A program made the translations under genes and the position numbers. This document shows, piece after piece, positions 1-12,628 of a stretch of DNA of 64,000 bases. The notes under the pieces are model-generated. The model ran no database searches and had not been told where the DNA came from. It was given only the letters and a program-made list of their open reading frames with translations. Every line of letters begins with the position of its first letter. Position 1 is the first letter of the stretch. Source of the stretch: an uncultured Phycisphaerales bacterium (lineage in GTDB: Bacteria > Planctomycetota > Phycisphaerae > Sedimentisphaerales > Anaerobacaceae); the NCBI GenBank assembly GCA_963772725.1, contig CAVYYI010000003.1:800001-864000 (forward strand), written 5' to 3'.

Positions 1-25
1 CATAGAGAAGCAATAGTAAACTCGT

Positions 26-2894
26 ATGGCACAGGAAATAGAAAAGGTTATTGAGATTACCGGCGCGGCCGAGCATAACCTCAAAAATATAAATCTCACC
101 ATCCCCCGAGATAAACTCGTGGTAATTACGGGCATCAGCGGTTCGGGCAAAAGCTCGCTGGCGTTCGATACCATTTACGCCGAAGGGCGGCGAAAATACG
201 TCGAATCGCTCAGCTCTTATGCCCGGCAGTTCCTGGAGCAGATGCAAAAGCCCGCCGTGGGAAATATCACCGGCCTGCCGCCGACCATTGCGATTGAGCA
301 GCGCAGCTCCAGCAGCAACCCGCGTTCAACGGTGGCGACCACGACGGAGATTTACGACTATTTCCGGCTTCTATTTGCCCGCGTCGGCCAGCCTCACTGC
401 TGGGTATGCGGCAAAGAGATTTCCAGCCAGCACTCCTCGCAGATAGTCGATTCGATTATGTCACGCCCGAAGGAACAAAGATACAGATTTGCGCCCCGCT
501 TGTCCGCGGCAAAAAGGGTGAGCATAAGGACATTCTTGATAAATATTATGCGGGAAGGTTTTGTGCGCGTGCGTGTCGACGGCGAGATTTACGACCTTAA
601 AAATGTGCCGGCTCTGGATAAGAACAAAAAACACGATATCGCGGCGGTGGTAGATCGGCTTATCATTAAACAAGGAGTTAATATCCGTCTGGCCGATTCG
701 ATTGAGACGGCGTTAAAACTGGCCGAGGGTGCGGTTTTAATATTGATCCAGGAGCCCAGCGGGGACAAGAAAAACGGCGGCAACGGTCACTGGGAGGAAA
801 TTATATACAGCGAAAAGTTCGCCTGCCCTGAACATCCCGAGGCATCGCTCGAAGAATTGTCGCCGCGACTATTCAGCTTTAACAGTCCTTACGGGGCGTG
901 CAAAAGCTGCGACGGACTTGGGAACGATTCTCGAATTTGACCCGGATTTAATTGTGCCGGACAAAAAAGTCTCGCTCGAAAACGGCGCGATCGACGCCTG
1001 GCGCAAAGGCGGCAAGCGGATGAACATCTATTACAACCGACTGATAAAGAGATTCTGCAGGAATATCGGCATCAGCAAGATCGATGCCTTTTGAGCAGAT
1101 ACCCGAAGAGATTAAAAGGGTGCTGATGAACGGCACAACGGATGAAGATGAAGATAAGTACGGCATAAGGTTCGAGGGCGTTATACCGAATCTTATGCGG
1201 ACGATGGAAAAACACCGCCAGCGAATACGTCAAGGCCAGGCTGCACGGTTTTCTTTCGGAGCAGCCCTGCCAGAGCTGCAACGGCACGAGGCTGCGGCCG
1301 GAGGCCGTCGCGGTAACTGTCGGCGATAAAAATATCATTCGAGCTGACATCTATGAGCATCGAAAATGCGCAGAAGTTTTTCGACAACCTCAAACTGGAC
1401 GAAGAAAAAACGCATGATCGCCGCCCAGATATTAAAGGAGATAAAGTCACGGCTTAAATTTATGCTCGACGTCGGGCTTGGCTACCTTACGCTTAACCGG
1501 ATGAGCAGTACACTATCCGGCGGCGAGGCGCAGCGGATACGGCTGGCCACACAGGTCGGCAGCGGCCTTGTCGGCTGTCTGCTATGTTCTCGACGAGCCG
1601 ACAATAGGTCTGCATAAACGGGACAACGACCGGCTCCTGGGTATTCTAAAGCGGCTTCGCGAAATCGGCAACACCGTCATTGTCGTCGAGCACGATGAAG
1701 ACGTTATAAAAGCCGCCGACCATATTATCGATATCGGCCCGGCAGGCCGGCGACCACGGCGGCGAATTAGTCGCGCAGGGCGACTATAACGCGATAGTCA
1801 ACTGCCAAGCGTCGCTTACCGGCCAGTATCTCAGCGGCAAAAAGAGAATCGAACTGCCAGAGCAAAGGCGAAAATACAACCTTAGAAGATGCATCGAAGT
1901 CAAAGGAGCCGCAGAAAACAATCTCAAAAATATCGATGTGAAATTTCCGCTGGGTGTTTTCATCTGCGTAACCGGCGTTTCCGGTTCGGGCAAAAGCACG
2001 CTGGTTACGCAGATTCTTCTTCGGGCATTGAAACGCCGCCTTTATGACTCGCGCGAAAAACCCGGCAAACATAAAAATATTCTCGGCACATCGCAGGTCG
2101 ATAAGGTTATTGAGATCGACCAGTCGCCGATAGGCAAAACTCCGCGAAGCAATCCTGCCACTTATACGGGCGTCTTCGACGTGATACGAAAACTCTTTTC
2201 CATGACTCGCGAGGCGAAGATTCGCGGCTACAAACCCGGACGCTTCAGCTTCAATGTCAAAGGCGGCCGATGCGAATACTGCCAGGGTCAGGGCACAAAA
2301 AAAATCGAGATGCATTTTCTGCCCGATGTCTATGTTACCTGCCAGCAATGCAAAGGCAGCCGGTATAACCCCGAAACGCTGCAGATTACCTACAAGGGCA
2401 AAAATATCGCCGATGTGCTGGATATGCGGATTGAGGAGGCCCTGGACTTTTTCGCGAATTTCCCGACGATAATGCGCTTCCTCAAAACTCTCAACGACGT
2501 GGGACTGGGCTATATGCAGCTCGGCCAGTCCTCCACGACGCTGTCAGGCGGCGAGGCTCAGCGTATCAAACTCGCCGCCGAACTGGGCAAAACCGCCACC
2601 GGGCATACGCTGTACCTTCTCGATGAGCCGACGACCGGCCTGCATTTTGCCGATATTCACAATCTTCTCAACGTCCTGCAGCGGCTCTGCGATATGGGCA
2701 ACACAGTAGTCGTCATCGAGCATAATCTCGACGTCATTAAAATGGCCGATTACATAATCGACCTGGGCCCCGAAGGCGGCGACGCCGGCGGCCAAATCGT
2801 CGCCGCAGGCTCACCAGAAGAAATTATAAAAAACCAAAACAGCTACACCGCCAAATACCTGAAATCCAAACTCGCCGAAGACTCCATAACATAA
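26..2894 (+). CDS. uvrA: Excinuclease ABC subunit A, split by several frameshifts
   Basis: Two ABC domains ([22 protein letters not shown]), LSGGEAQRI signatures and Zn-finger Cys motifs across ORFs 26-940, 1084-1329, 1366-1617, 1568-1789, 1938-2894. Confidence 0.97.
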
Positions 2895-2915
2895 TTTCCT
2901 GTCGCCGTCACCGGT

Positions 2916-2945
2916 TTAGCCCCCACCCCCGCGGTGGGGGCCTAA
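2916..2945. repeat. GC-rich REP-like hairpin after uvrA
   Basis: ttagcccccacc-cccgc-ggtgggggcctaa inverted repeat. Confidence 0.55.
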
Positions 2946-3173
2946 CGACCAACAACAAACTTCCCACTGGACAGACCAAATGCCCAATGTTAAACTTATG
3001 TTGTGAGATTTAAGAGATGTAAAGTAGGTGCGGAAATCTCAACATCATTTAAGGAAATATAAAGCTATGGCATCGATATTCAAATATAGGAAAATTATTC
3101 TAATCTCCATGGTGGTGCTGTAAATTTAGCCACAGAAAGCACAGAGAAAATAAGATAAGGAAGGATTTTATAA

Positions 3174-3710
3174 ATGGACAAAAATCTTGAGATTTCTATT
3201 CAGACTCAGCAAAAGTTCGAGTTCTATTTTCTTGCGCTCGTATTCACCGTTCTTGGTCTATCCATCCAGACTTCTCATTTCTCAACAAAGATTCAGGCTG
3301 CCTTTGAAATAGGGGCATGGCTGTCCCTCTTGGTGTCAGGACTTGCAGGATTGTCTAGGATGGAATGGATACCTGTCAGCTATAAAAGTTACAGTGAATT
3401 AAAAGAAGAAAAGGTCTTTATTAGCGAAGCTAAAACTGGCAGGTTGCTTAAAGATGAGGAATCAGGCAAAATATTATCTGATGTTGAAGCAATGGAGATG
3501 ATACAGCATGTAGCAGATCGAATAAAGGAAAGAACCAAGAAGATGGGGGAAATAGAGCATCGTCACAATATCAAATCTTTTCTTCATAAATGGTTATTTG
3601 TGGCCCGGGCTCGCCCTGCTCATTATATCTCGGGCGGTCAATCTCTGCTCATCTGCGTCTATTTCTACTGGATAGGCAAAGCAAGCAATACGGTAATGGC
3701 GGTGAATTAG
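3174..3710 (+). CDS. Hypothetical membrane protein; C-terminus possibly frameshifted
   Basis: 178-aa ORF, two N-terminal hydrophobic helices, AAGGAAGG RBS. Confidence 0.7.
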   Translation: MDKNLEISIQTQQKFEFYFLALVFTVLGLSIQTSHFSTKIQAAFEIGAWLSLLVSGLAGLSRMEWIPVSYKSYSELKEEKVFISEAKTGRLLKDEESGKILSDVEAMEMIQHVADRIKERTKKMGEIEHRHNIKSFLHKWLFVARARPAHYISGGQSLLICVYFYWIGKASNTVMAVN

Positions 3711-3716
3711 TGAAAG

Positions 3717-4409
3717 TTGAAAATTATGAATATTAAAAAGTTATTTGACACGTGTCGATTTCCTCGGTTCGGCTATTTCTATGTTGTTTTGAATAGTATT
3801 GGGGGCGCTTATAGTGGCCTGTTAGATAGTCTGAAAGCTTATAATTCTAACAACAAGCCTTTTTGGATGATTCCGCTTGCAATTGTTATTTATGCTATTT
3901 CGTGCCTTATAGGTGGGTACTGTTTTTACCGAATTTTAGACATGCTTGTTTTGCGATATATACCGTATAGACAAACCAAGTTGCAATTGAATATGAGAAA
4001 AAGCCGGACCGAAGAAAAAAACAAAACAGCATCATCAATTATTCGTTGGATTTTAGTTGTCCCAGGCTCTCTTGTAATATCATTGGGCTTAGGTCTTTTA
4101 ATCGCATTGATTAACACAGGAATTGGATTAAAACTGCCAGTCAGGCAATTTATAAATAATGGAATTCTGTTTTATTTTTTTGTCTTTTTTGCCGCAAAAA
4201 TTGCACCGGAATACAAAACTGAAACAGCATTAATTCTGTCTATTTTGGCCTTACTGTTGATTATTGTTTTGTCGGTTTTGGCTACCGAGGAGTACATGGA
4301 TTTAGTATACAACATTTCGGGAGCAATCGGAGCAGTTTTAGGCTTTGTCCAAGTAGTACGCAAGTACGGATTTAAATACCCAGTGAAAGAATCCGGAGCG
4401 CGTCCCTGA
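3717..4409 (+). CDS. Hypothetical multi-pass membrane protein
   Basis: 230-aa AT-rich ORF with about 6 hydrophobic segments. Confidence 0.65.
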   Translation: MKIMNIKKLFDTCRFPRFGYFYVVLNSIGGAYSGLLDSLKAYNSNNKPFWMIPLAIVIYAISCLIGGYCFYRILDMLVLRYIPYRQTKLQLNMRKSRTEEKNKTASSIIRWILVVPGSLVISLGLGLLIALINTGIGLKLPVRQFINNGILFYFFVFFAAKIAPEYKTETALILSILALLLIIVLSVLATEEYMDLVYNISGAIGAVLGFVQVVRKYGFKYPVKESGARP

Positions 4410-4534
4410 AATATGGGAACACCCTACCGGTGAAATAGAGGTCGGCCCTGTCGGCTTACTCCATGGCTATAGAAAAAAAGCGAAACAAAAGGGAAAAGGC
4501 AGGGAAGCGTGTTTTTGGCCTAAAAACAGGCATT

Positions 4535-4639
4535 GTCGGCTTACTCTGCGACAAAGTCGGTTAACTCCGAGGCAGAGTCAGCGTACTCCGTGACAAAGTA
4601 AGCGTGACCTGTGACAAAGTAAGTTAACCCTATGGTAAA
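4535..4639. repeat. Five degenerate 21-bp tandem repeats
   Basis: gtcggcttactctgcgacaaa / gtcggttaactccgaggcaga / gtcagcgtactccgtgacaaa / gtaagcgtgacctgtgacaaa / gtaagttaaccctatggtaaa; partial copy near 4450. Confidence 0.85.
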
Positions 4640-4710
4640 GTAAATGAGTGCAACCACAAAAAGACACAGGTGGTTGGATAATAAGGGATACAATTTATTA
4701 ACGGAATATT

Positions 4711-5778
<1,068 letters not shown>

Positions 5779-5791
5779 CCAACATTTATTT

Positions 5792-5850
5792 GTATCTCGT
5801 ATCTCGTGAAGCGTATCTCGAAAAACGCTTCACGCTTCATGAACGGCGCC
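5792..5850. repeat. Intergenic heptamer repeats (gtatctc / acgcttc)
   Basis: gtatctc gtatctc gtgaagc gtatctc ... acgcttc acgcttc between convergent genes. Confidence 0.6.
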
Positions 5851-5857
5851 TCACGAT

Positions 5858-6123
5858 TTAATTGACCGCGATGACCTCTTTGACGCCGGGAACGTTCTCT
5901 TTGAGCAGACGTTCGACGCCCATTTTGAGAGTCATTCTCGCGCCGGGACAGCCTGAGCAGTGCCCTGGAGCCGCACTTTAACCGAATTATCCTCTTCCAC
6001 GCCTATCAATTCAATATCGCCACCATGTGCCTGAAGATTAGGCCTGATGGCATCGATTATTTCAGCAACCTTTTCCTTGAAAGTCTTTTCGTCGCTGCCG
6101 CCACAGCCGCATTTATCACACAT
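5858..6123 (-). CDS. NifU/NfuA C-terminal domain Fe-S carrier, one frameshift
   Basis: IRPNLQAHGGDIEL; adding one G restores LQGHCSGCPGARMTLKMGVERLLKENVPGVKEVIAVN. Confidence 0.9.
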
Positions 6124-6240
6124 ACTAAGTCTCCTTAAAGATTTATTCTTAATTAAGAATAATACGAATTATACCAAAAATTTGTTTTAGCGGCAAGAAT
6201 TGATTGCCCTTAATAAAAAATGCGATAAAAATGGTCTGAA

Positions 6241-8153
6241 CTAAGTCTGCTTAAGATATCTCGTATTTTCGCGGCGTCTTGTGAGGCCGATGCGGTCGAA
6301 ATAATCGAGAAGCGGCAGCGCGAATTTTCTCGTCGTATCGAGAAGATACTTGAACTTGACACTTTCGAGTTTTCCCTCCTTCGTGATAAACGAAATCAGC
6401 ATCTGCCTGGCTTTTTCGACGGCCTGGACGTGAAAGAATAGCTCTTTCTCGACTTCGATAATGTTTTTCTGCTCTGACAGTATGCGTATAATTCTGTGGA
6501 CTTTTTCGGGTGAGGCGCGGGTATATTCGACAAGTTCCTCGTATTGCGGCGGATTAAACAGCCGGGTGAGAAACAGGTCTTCTGTTTTTTTCAGCAGATT
6601 TTGTTCCTCATCGCTGAAAGTCTGATGATGCTGCGGCAGGGTGAGGCGGTCTTTTCTATCAGCAAGTTTATTTTCGCTAATCATTCGTTGGACGATATTG
6701 TCGGAAACCTCTTTTTTTAGATGCGCGGTTTCGTAAAGCTCTTTTGCGTCGATGCCGGGACTTTCGGGTTTGTCGCGGTGATAGGCGGCGACTATTTCGA
6801 GTATTCGAGCCTGTACCAGCGGAATGATTTCGCTGTGCAGGTAGAGTTTTGAAGTCAGCTCAATGATTTTATTCTGCCGGGCAAGTTCGGCAAAAATATC
6901 GGCGAGCGGTTTGGAGGCTGTCTTTGTACGGATTGAAAGTTCGGCTTCGCGGGCGCCCTGGCCTTTCGCGGCCTTTACACAGTATTCGACAAAATCTTTA
7001 TCGTTAAGCACCGCCTGTGCCCGCTGCGCGCATCGTCAACGACACCGGGTTCTGTTCGGCGAAGTTTATTAGACAGCGACTCGACAATCATACCGCCTGC
7101 GATGGTGTTGGTCGGCGAGAGCGAGCGTATGATAAATCTGTCACGAGGTCCGGCGACAACCGGCTCATTTAGTCGAAACTGAACAAGTCCCTGCTGACCC
7201 GGCGAAAGAGTGTTACCCTCGAGCAGGTACGCGACGGTGGTAACTTCGGATGTTCCGGTGTGGAATTTTACACTCATCCCGGTTTTAAGAGGTGCAGCTT
7301 CGCCGTTTAGCATACGCAGATTGCAAAGATACCACTGCCCAGGCGAAAAAAAGTCGCCCTGCGCGATTACGTCGCCGCGTTTAATTGTGCTGTAATCCCA
7401 CTGGGGGACATTAATAGCGGTACACTGGCCGGAAAGGACGGTATCGCTGTTTCTCTTGTAGACCTGTATTGCTCTTATTTTTCCTTTGCTGCCGGAGGGG
7501 AACAAGGTGAGTTCATCGCCGATTTTCGCAGAGCCGCAGACCGCGATGCCTGTAACGACCGTGCCGTAGCCTTTTACCGAAAATGTTCGCTCAATCGGCA
7601 TCCGGAATATTCCGTCGATTTTTTTTGGTTCGATTCTGCTGATGAGGCTTTCAAGCTCCTCGCACAGCCGGTCGAAGCCCTGGCCGGTAATATTTGAGAC
7701 AGGCACAATCACGGCGTTTTCGAGAAACGTGCCGGCGACGAAATTGCGAATCTCCGCTGTTACCGTTTCGATGCGCTCCTGAGTTACGCAGTCGGCTTTT
7801 GTTAAAGCGATAAGACCATATTTGACATCCAGAAGGGTAAGTATATCGAGATGTTCGCGGCTCTGAGGCATGACGCCATCGTCTGCGGCAATCACAAATA
7901 TAACGCCGTCGATGCCGCTGGCGCCGGCGACCATTGTCTTTATGAATTTTTCGTGGCCGGGCACATCGACAATCCCAACTTCCAGGCCGCTGACCATACA
8001 GGGAGCAAAACCCAGTTCGATGGACATTCCGCGTTCCTTTTCGATTTTCAGCCGGTCGGTGTCGCAGCCGGTCAGACATTTTACAAGCGCGGTTTTGCCA
8101 TGGTCGATATGACCCGCGGTGCCCAGTGTGATATTGGTTTGTGTCCTGCTCAT
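6241..8153 (-). CDS. selB: Selenocysteine-specific elongation factor, frameshift near 7000
   Basis: GTAGHIDHGKT, DVPGHEKF and C-terminal winged-helix TRKFALPLLDYFD. Confidence 0.96.
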
Positions 8154-8154
8154 A

Positions 8155-8189
8155 ATAGCGTACAGCGTACTGCGTGGAGCGTATAGCGT
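8155..8189. repeat. Heptamer tandem repeat (NNWGCGT) x5
   Basis: atagcgt acagcgt actgcgt ggagcgt atagcgt. Confidence 0.65.
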
Positions 8190-8251
8190 TTAAGATTAAT
8201 ATTTTTGTGTTTTTTCGTGTTCATTCATGGTTAAAGAGTTCTTTTCTTATT

Positions 8252-9658
8252 TTAACTGAGGATTCGCAGCAGCGCCTCGACGATAATCGCGTCTTCTCCG
8301 TCAAGCAGGGTGCGCGGGTCTATTAGTACCCTGTCGTTCTGGATACGCGAGAGAACAGGTGGATTATTTAGGCGAAGCTGCTTAGCGAGGTTTTCAGCGT
8401 CGATTTTGCGTGGAAGTATCGCGACGAGCGTTGTGGCGAGATTTTGCGTCGGAAGTGAACCACTTCCCATTTGTGAACAGCCGCTGACCGTTGAAATTTC
8501 CGCGGCGGTAATTTTTTTCTTCAGCCGCGACATAATCTGTTCAGCCTGCGCGGTTATATCAGAAAGTTTCTTCATCGCCAATTTAAGAGTGGGGATCTCG
8601 TTGATCGCAATATTTTCATCGAGGAACAGTTTCAGTGTCGCGTTGAGAACCGCCAGGGTCATTTTGCCGGGACGGAGAATTCTGGCAAACTGATTTTTAC
8701 GAACGGCGTTTATTAATTTTGTCTTACCGAGAATGATACCGGCCTGCGACGCGCCGATTAGTTTATCCGCGCTTGATGTAACTATGTCAGCCCCATTACG
8801 AATTGATTCAATCAGTGTTGGTTCCGGCTCGAAACCGAATCGGCTGAAATCTATCAACGCTCCTGCGCCGACATCGTCAATCATAATCAGATTTCGGCGA
8901 TGCGCGATATCGGCAAGCACCTCTGTTGGAACATCCTCGGTAAATCCCTCGATTTTATAATTGCTCGGATGGACACGCATAATCGCGGCGGTATTTTCAG
9001 TAATCGCGTTTTCGTAATCTGCTCGATGCGTTTTGTTGGTCGTGCCGACCTCGACGAGTTTCGCGCCGCTAAAGGCCATAACATCGGGCAGGCGGAAGGA
9101 GCCGCCAATCTCGACGAGCTGGCCGCGGGAAACTATCACTTCTTTGCCTTTAGCGACGGTATTTAATACGATAGCTGTCGCGGCGGCGTTATTATTGACA
9201 ACTGTGGCGGCCTCTGCGCCGGTGAGCAGATGCAGCAGTGTTTCGATATGCTCATCGCGACGTGAACGTTTACCAGTTTCGGTATCTACCTGCAGCAGCG
9301 AATATCCGCTTAAATGTTCCTGAATTTGTTCTATCGCCTGCATAGGCAGGACCGCTCTGCCAAGGCCGGTATGAAGAATAATGCCCGTAGCGTTAATAGC
9401 CTTACGGTAATAAGGAGACATAATAGCACTAATTTGTGCTTTAGCATTATTAATGATTCTTTGACAAATTTCGTTTTCATCTGCTTGCGGTATCTCGCCT
9501 GCGATAAGAAGCTCACGGACTTTGTCGATTGAACGGCGGATAGAGTAAACAACAGCTGCCCTTGGCGTTTTAGCCTCGCAATCGGCAAAGGCTGGGTCTT
9601 TCAGCAGGACATCAACTGAGGGCAGTTTTCGTAATAATTCCTGGTTTAATTCGGCCAT
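8252..9658 (-). CDS. selA: L-seryl-tRNA(Sec) selenium transferase
   Basis: INATGIILHTGLGRA, VVNNNAAA, SRGQLVEIGGSFR, SADKLIG (PLP Lys), GSGSLP. Confidence 0.97.
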   Translation of the reverse strand: MAELNQELLRKLPSVDVLLKDPAFADCEAKTPRAAVVYSIRRSIDKVRELLIAGEIPQADENEICQRIINNAKAQISAIMSPYYRKAINATGIILHTGLGRAVLPMQAIEQIQEHLSGYSLLQVDTETGKRSRRDEHIETLLHLLTGAEAATVVNNNAAATAIVLNTVAKGKEVIVSRGQLVEIGGSFRLPDVMAFSGAKLVEVGTTNKTHRADYENAITENTAAIMRVHPSNYKIEGFTEDVPTEVLADIAHRRNLIMIDDVGAGALIDFSRFGFEPEPTLIESIRNGADIVTSSADKLIGASQAGIILGKTKLINAVRKNQFARILRPGKMTLAVLNATLKLFLDENIAINEIPTLKLAMKKLSDITAQAEQIMSRLKKKITAAEISTVSGCSQMGSGSLPTQNLATTLVAILPRKIDAENLAKQLRLNNPPVLSRIQNDRVLIDPRTLLDGEDAIIVEALLRILS

Positions 9659-9874
9659 ACAAAGTCCCTTTCTTTGCCACTTTGTGTCTTTTTGGGAAAT
9701 TATACCGTTTTTTTCCCGCCAAGACGCTAAGATTTTTTAGCCACAGAGGACACAGAGAAATAATTTTTCAGACACTGATTAACACTGTTTTAAATTTACT
9801 TCTCGCGGTCAAATTATATATAAAATTTGACATAAAATCAATCATCATTGGAAAATATTATGGGAAAATATTAA

Positions 9875-10100
9875 TTGGTATTGAATATGCTTGCTGAAGC
9901 ATCAACAACAGAAATATCCAAAAAGAAGAAACCGAAAGGGCTGGAACATAATAAACAAATTGCCAAAGAAGGAGGATTTGCGGCTAAGAAGGCGAGATTA
10001 GAAATAGAAAAACAAACGGGCGAAAGTGTTATCACCGCCAAAAGTTCAAAAAGTTTGCACGCAGCAAAAAAATATCTTTACCTGATAAAATGGATAAATA
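9875..10100 (+). pseudogene. C-terminal fragment resembling a BRO-family/antirepressor protein
   Basis: NMLAEASTTEISK...AKEGG..AKKARLEIEKQTGESVIT; no N-terminal domain. Confidence 0.55.
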
Positions 10101-10103
10101 ACT

Positions 10104-10270
10104 GTGGCAATTCAGATATTATCAAATCTTAATTATCCGATTGGTAATATAATCAACCAAGAGATGCAAAATACCCAAACTGCAAGAATGGCTGTCGCCT
10201 TTTTAAAATATTCGGGATTGAAGGTTATTGAACAATCTATGGGGAAATGTCTGCGAAATAATGGCAACAT
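10104..10270 (+). pseudogene. Truncated N-terminus of a PLD-like nuclease/helicase domain protein
   Basis: RMAVAFLKYSGL motif, then loss of similarity. Confidence 0.45.
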
Positions 10271-10487
10271 TGCGGCGAGGACGTATAAAGGAAATCCGGG
10301 GACAGCTACAATCCTGTTCGGCATGGCATTTGCGGTTAGGAAATACAGTATAATAAAATGATTGTCGATTAAACTCCCTCGGGAATGCATAAATCCCAAA
10401 ATCGGATACCTGCTTTGGCGGGTATGGCAGGTAATAAAGTCCGCGGATAAACCGCGGGGCTTTCGGTTTTATTGTGTTTATTCGTAG

Positions 10488-11468
10488 TTAATATTTATAT
10501 CTTTCAAGTGCGCTCTTGATTATCTCACCAATAAGTTCCGGGTAGCTCATCCCCTCCTGAGTGGCAATCATCGGCAGGTCTGAATGTGTCGGATGAAGAC
10601 CAGGCAGCGGATTGACTTCAAGAAAACTCGGTTGGCCCTGCGCGTCAAGGCGAATGTCCACACGGCCGGCGTCCCTGCATTGCAGACCGACGTAAGACTT
10701 AACCGCCAAATCATTTAATTGCCCGCTCAAAGGCCCGGCATACCGTGAATACCTCACGACCTTTTCACAGTTTTCTTTCGCCTCGTACGAATAGATACCC
10801 TTGTCGTCCTCGAGCATCTCAATTTCCATTATCCCCAGTGCCCTGGCGTTCGAGCCGGTTCCCAGAACGCCGACAGTAAACTCTCTGCCGGGCAAAAATT
10901 CCTCAACCAGGACAGGCTGAGCGTAACAATCCAGCAGGTATTTACTTGCCTTTTCGAGCTGGGCTGGAGTCTCAATCAGGGAGATGCTGCTTATGCCTTT
11001 TCCGGTTCCTTCGGCTATCGGTTTTGCGAAGAGCGGATATTTGAGCTTGACCTGCTTTACCTGCGACAAATCCTCAATGACGCTGAAATCCGGCGTCGGC
11101 AGGCCGTACGACCGCACGAGCTTTTTGGCGATGCCTTTATCCAGTGTTACCGCGCAAACAAGGGGGTCGGAAAACGTGTACCCGATTCCATAAGCTTCGA
11201 GCAGGCAGGGAACCTGCGACTCGCGGCAGCGGCCGTCAAGCCCTTCTGCGATATTAAACACCAAATCCCATCGCTGCTTATCCACGAACCTTTTGCACAA
11301 CTCGCGAATATTGCCGATTCGTTCGGTTTTGTAACCCAGCGACGAAATTGTATTATAAAGCGAGTCGATAGTCTCCTGCGAATCGAACTCCGCGACGTCT
11401 TCTTCCTTATAGCCCTGGGCCAGGTAATCTTTTCTCAGGTCGTAAACGAGACCGATTTTTATGTCCAT
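10488..11468 (-). CDS. D-Ala-D-Ala ligase-like ATP-grasp protein
   Basis: LVFNIAEG, KPIAEGTGKGI, VEEFLPGREFTVG, RVDIR, LEVNPLPGL. Confidence 0.9.
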   Translation of the reverse strand: MDIKIGLVYDLRKDYLAQGYKEEDVAEFDSQETIDSLYNTISSLGYKTERIGNIRELCKRFVDKQRWDLVFNIAEGLDGRCRESQVPCLLEAYGIGYTFSDPLVCAVTLDKGIAKKLVRSYGLPTPDFSVIEDLSQVKQVKLKYPLFAKPIAEGTGKGISSISLIETPAQLEKASKYLLDCYAQPVLVEEFLPGREFTVGVLGTGSNARALGIMEIEMLEDDKGIYSYEAKENCEKVVRYSRYAGPLSGQLNDLAVKSYVGLQCRDAGRVDIRLDAQGQPSFLEVNPLPGLHPTHSDLPMIATQEGMSYPELIGEIIKSALERYKY

Positions 11469-11651
11469 TTCTTAATTTTTCCAAAAAAACTGCAAATTCA
11501 AGCCGCTAATATTTAACAGCTTTTACAAAAATCTCAAGATAAAACTTTTTTTCACCCCAAAAGACAGATGCACCGGTGAGACGGATTTTTGCTTGATATT
11601 TCGCAGGCGGGGATATATGCTCTTTGAAGGTTTTTGTTGGAGCGATGAATT

Positions 11652-12416
11652 ATGCGTGCAACAGTAATTGGATTAATTGCATTTCTTTGTGTTCTTGGAG
11701 GGACAGCCATTGGCTTGCTGCTTCGCCATATCCTGCCCGACCACCATCTTACCAGCGATTCAAGGGGTGCGGTGCAGATGGGATCGGGTTTGATAGCGAC
11801 ACTTAGTGCACTTGTATTGGGTCTTTTGGTCAGTTCGGCAAAGAGTTCTTTCGACCAGATGAGTTCAGAGATAACGCAAAGCAGCGCAAATGTTATCGTA
11901 CTCGACCGCACGATGGCCCGCTATGGACCTGAAACTCAGCCGATACGCCAGATTCTTCGCCGCTCGGTTATTGCCGGCATAAAGCTGATATGGCCTGACA
12001 ATAAAACAAATGTAGATGGAAAGGACATCTTTGAAAAGATGCCGCCTACTATGGAACTTGTTTCAGAAAAGCTGCGGGAACTGACTCCGCAAAACGATTC
12101 GCAGCGGGCATTTCAATCTGAAGCGCTGCAGCTATGCAGGGAAATACTGCAAACACGCTGGCTGATGATAGAGCAGTCGCAGACGTCGCTGCCGATTACA
12201 TTTCTTGTGGTGCTGTTGTTTTGGCTCACTATCCTTTTCGCCAGTATCGGGCTTTTTGCGCCGCCCAATAAAACGGTTCTGACAGTCTTGATAGTTTGTG
12301 CGATTTCGGTCGGCGGTGCGATATTCCTGATCGAGGAGATGAATAGTCCGCTCCAGGGAATTGTGAAAGTTTCCAACGCTCCGCTCATCAAGGCCATTGA
12401 ACATATAGGCAGGTGA
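11652..12416 (+). CDS. DUF4239-like (bestrophin-like) membrane protein
   Basis: LIATLSALVLGLLVSSAKSSFD; 4 TM helices. Confidence 0.75.
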   Translation: MRATVIGLIAFLCVLGGTAIGLLLRHILPDHHLTSDSRGAVQMGSGLIATLSALVLGLLVSSAKSSFDQMSSEITQSSANVIVLDRTMARYGPETQPIRQILRRSVIAGIKLIWPDNKTNVDGKDIFEKMPPTMELVSEKLRELTPQNDSQRAFQSEALQLCREILQTRWLMIEQSQTSLPITFLVVLLFWLTILFASIGLFAPPNKTVLTVLIVCAISVGGAIFLIEEMNSPLQGIVKVSNAPLIKAIEHIGR

Positions 12417-12440
12417 TAGAAGGCGAGGGGGAAATTGAAA

Positions 12441-12486
12441 TGGGCAGGAGTGGAGTTGAACCACCGACACACGGATTTTCAGTCCC
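12441..12486 (-). pseudogene. 3' half of tRNA-Phe(GAA), att-like remnant
   Basis: Reverse complement ggactgaaaatccgtgtgtcggtggttcaactccactcctgccca holds anticodon arm, T arm and acceptor 3' strand; no 5' half seen. Confidence 0.85.
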
Positions 12487-12628
12487 AAACTCTGGTTGTA
12501 AGTAGTTGTTAGTAAAATAGTTACAAGCGATTTTTAAGGTAAAAATGAGGGATACAAGTATAATACTCCCCAAAAATCGGACCAGTATATAAGGTGTAAG
12601 TTGTGGTATAATTCTATCGGATTATGGA

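Noticed and set aside
26..2894. Frameshifts as programmed recoding or pseudogenisation (also selB, panB, nifU, M50, cgs, GH29, xylR)
   Set aside because: Scattered single-base indels in otherwise intact housekeeping genes point to long-read error; cannot be settled without reads.
2940..2995. Possible integron attC (GCCTAAC...GTTAAAC)
   Set aside because: No internal L-box palindrome; the region fits a sigma70 promoter (TGGACA-17-TAAACT) better.
4535..4639. CRISPR array
   Set aside because: Units are contiguous with no spacers, and no cas genes are present.
5858..6123. NifU as a selenoprotein
   Set aside because: The corrected frame gives TGC/TGT Cys codons and no in-frame TGA in the motif.
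9660..10487. tRNA-Sec (selC) near selA
   Set aside because: No TCA anticodon cloverleaf found; only gene fragments and short REP-like hairpins.
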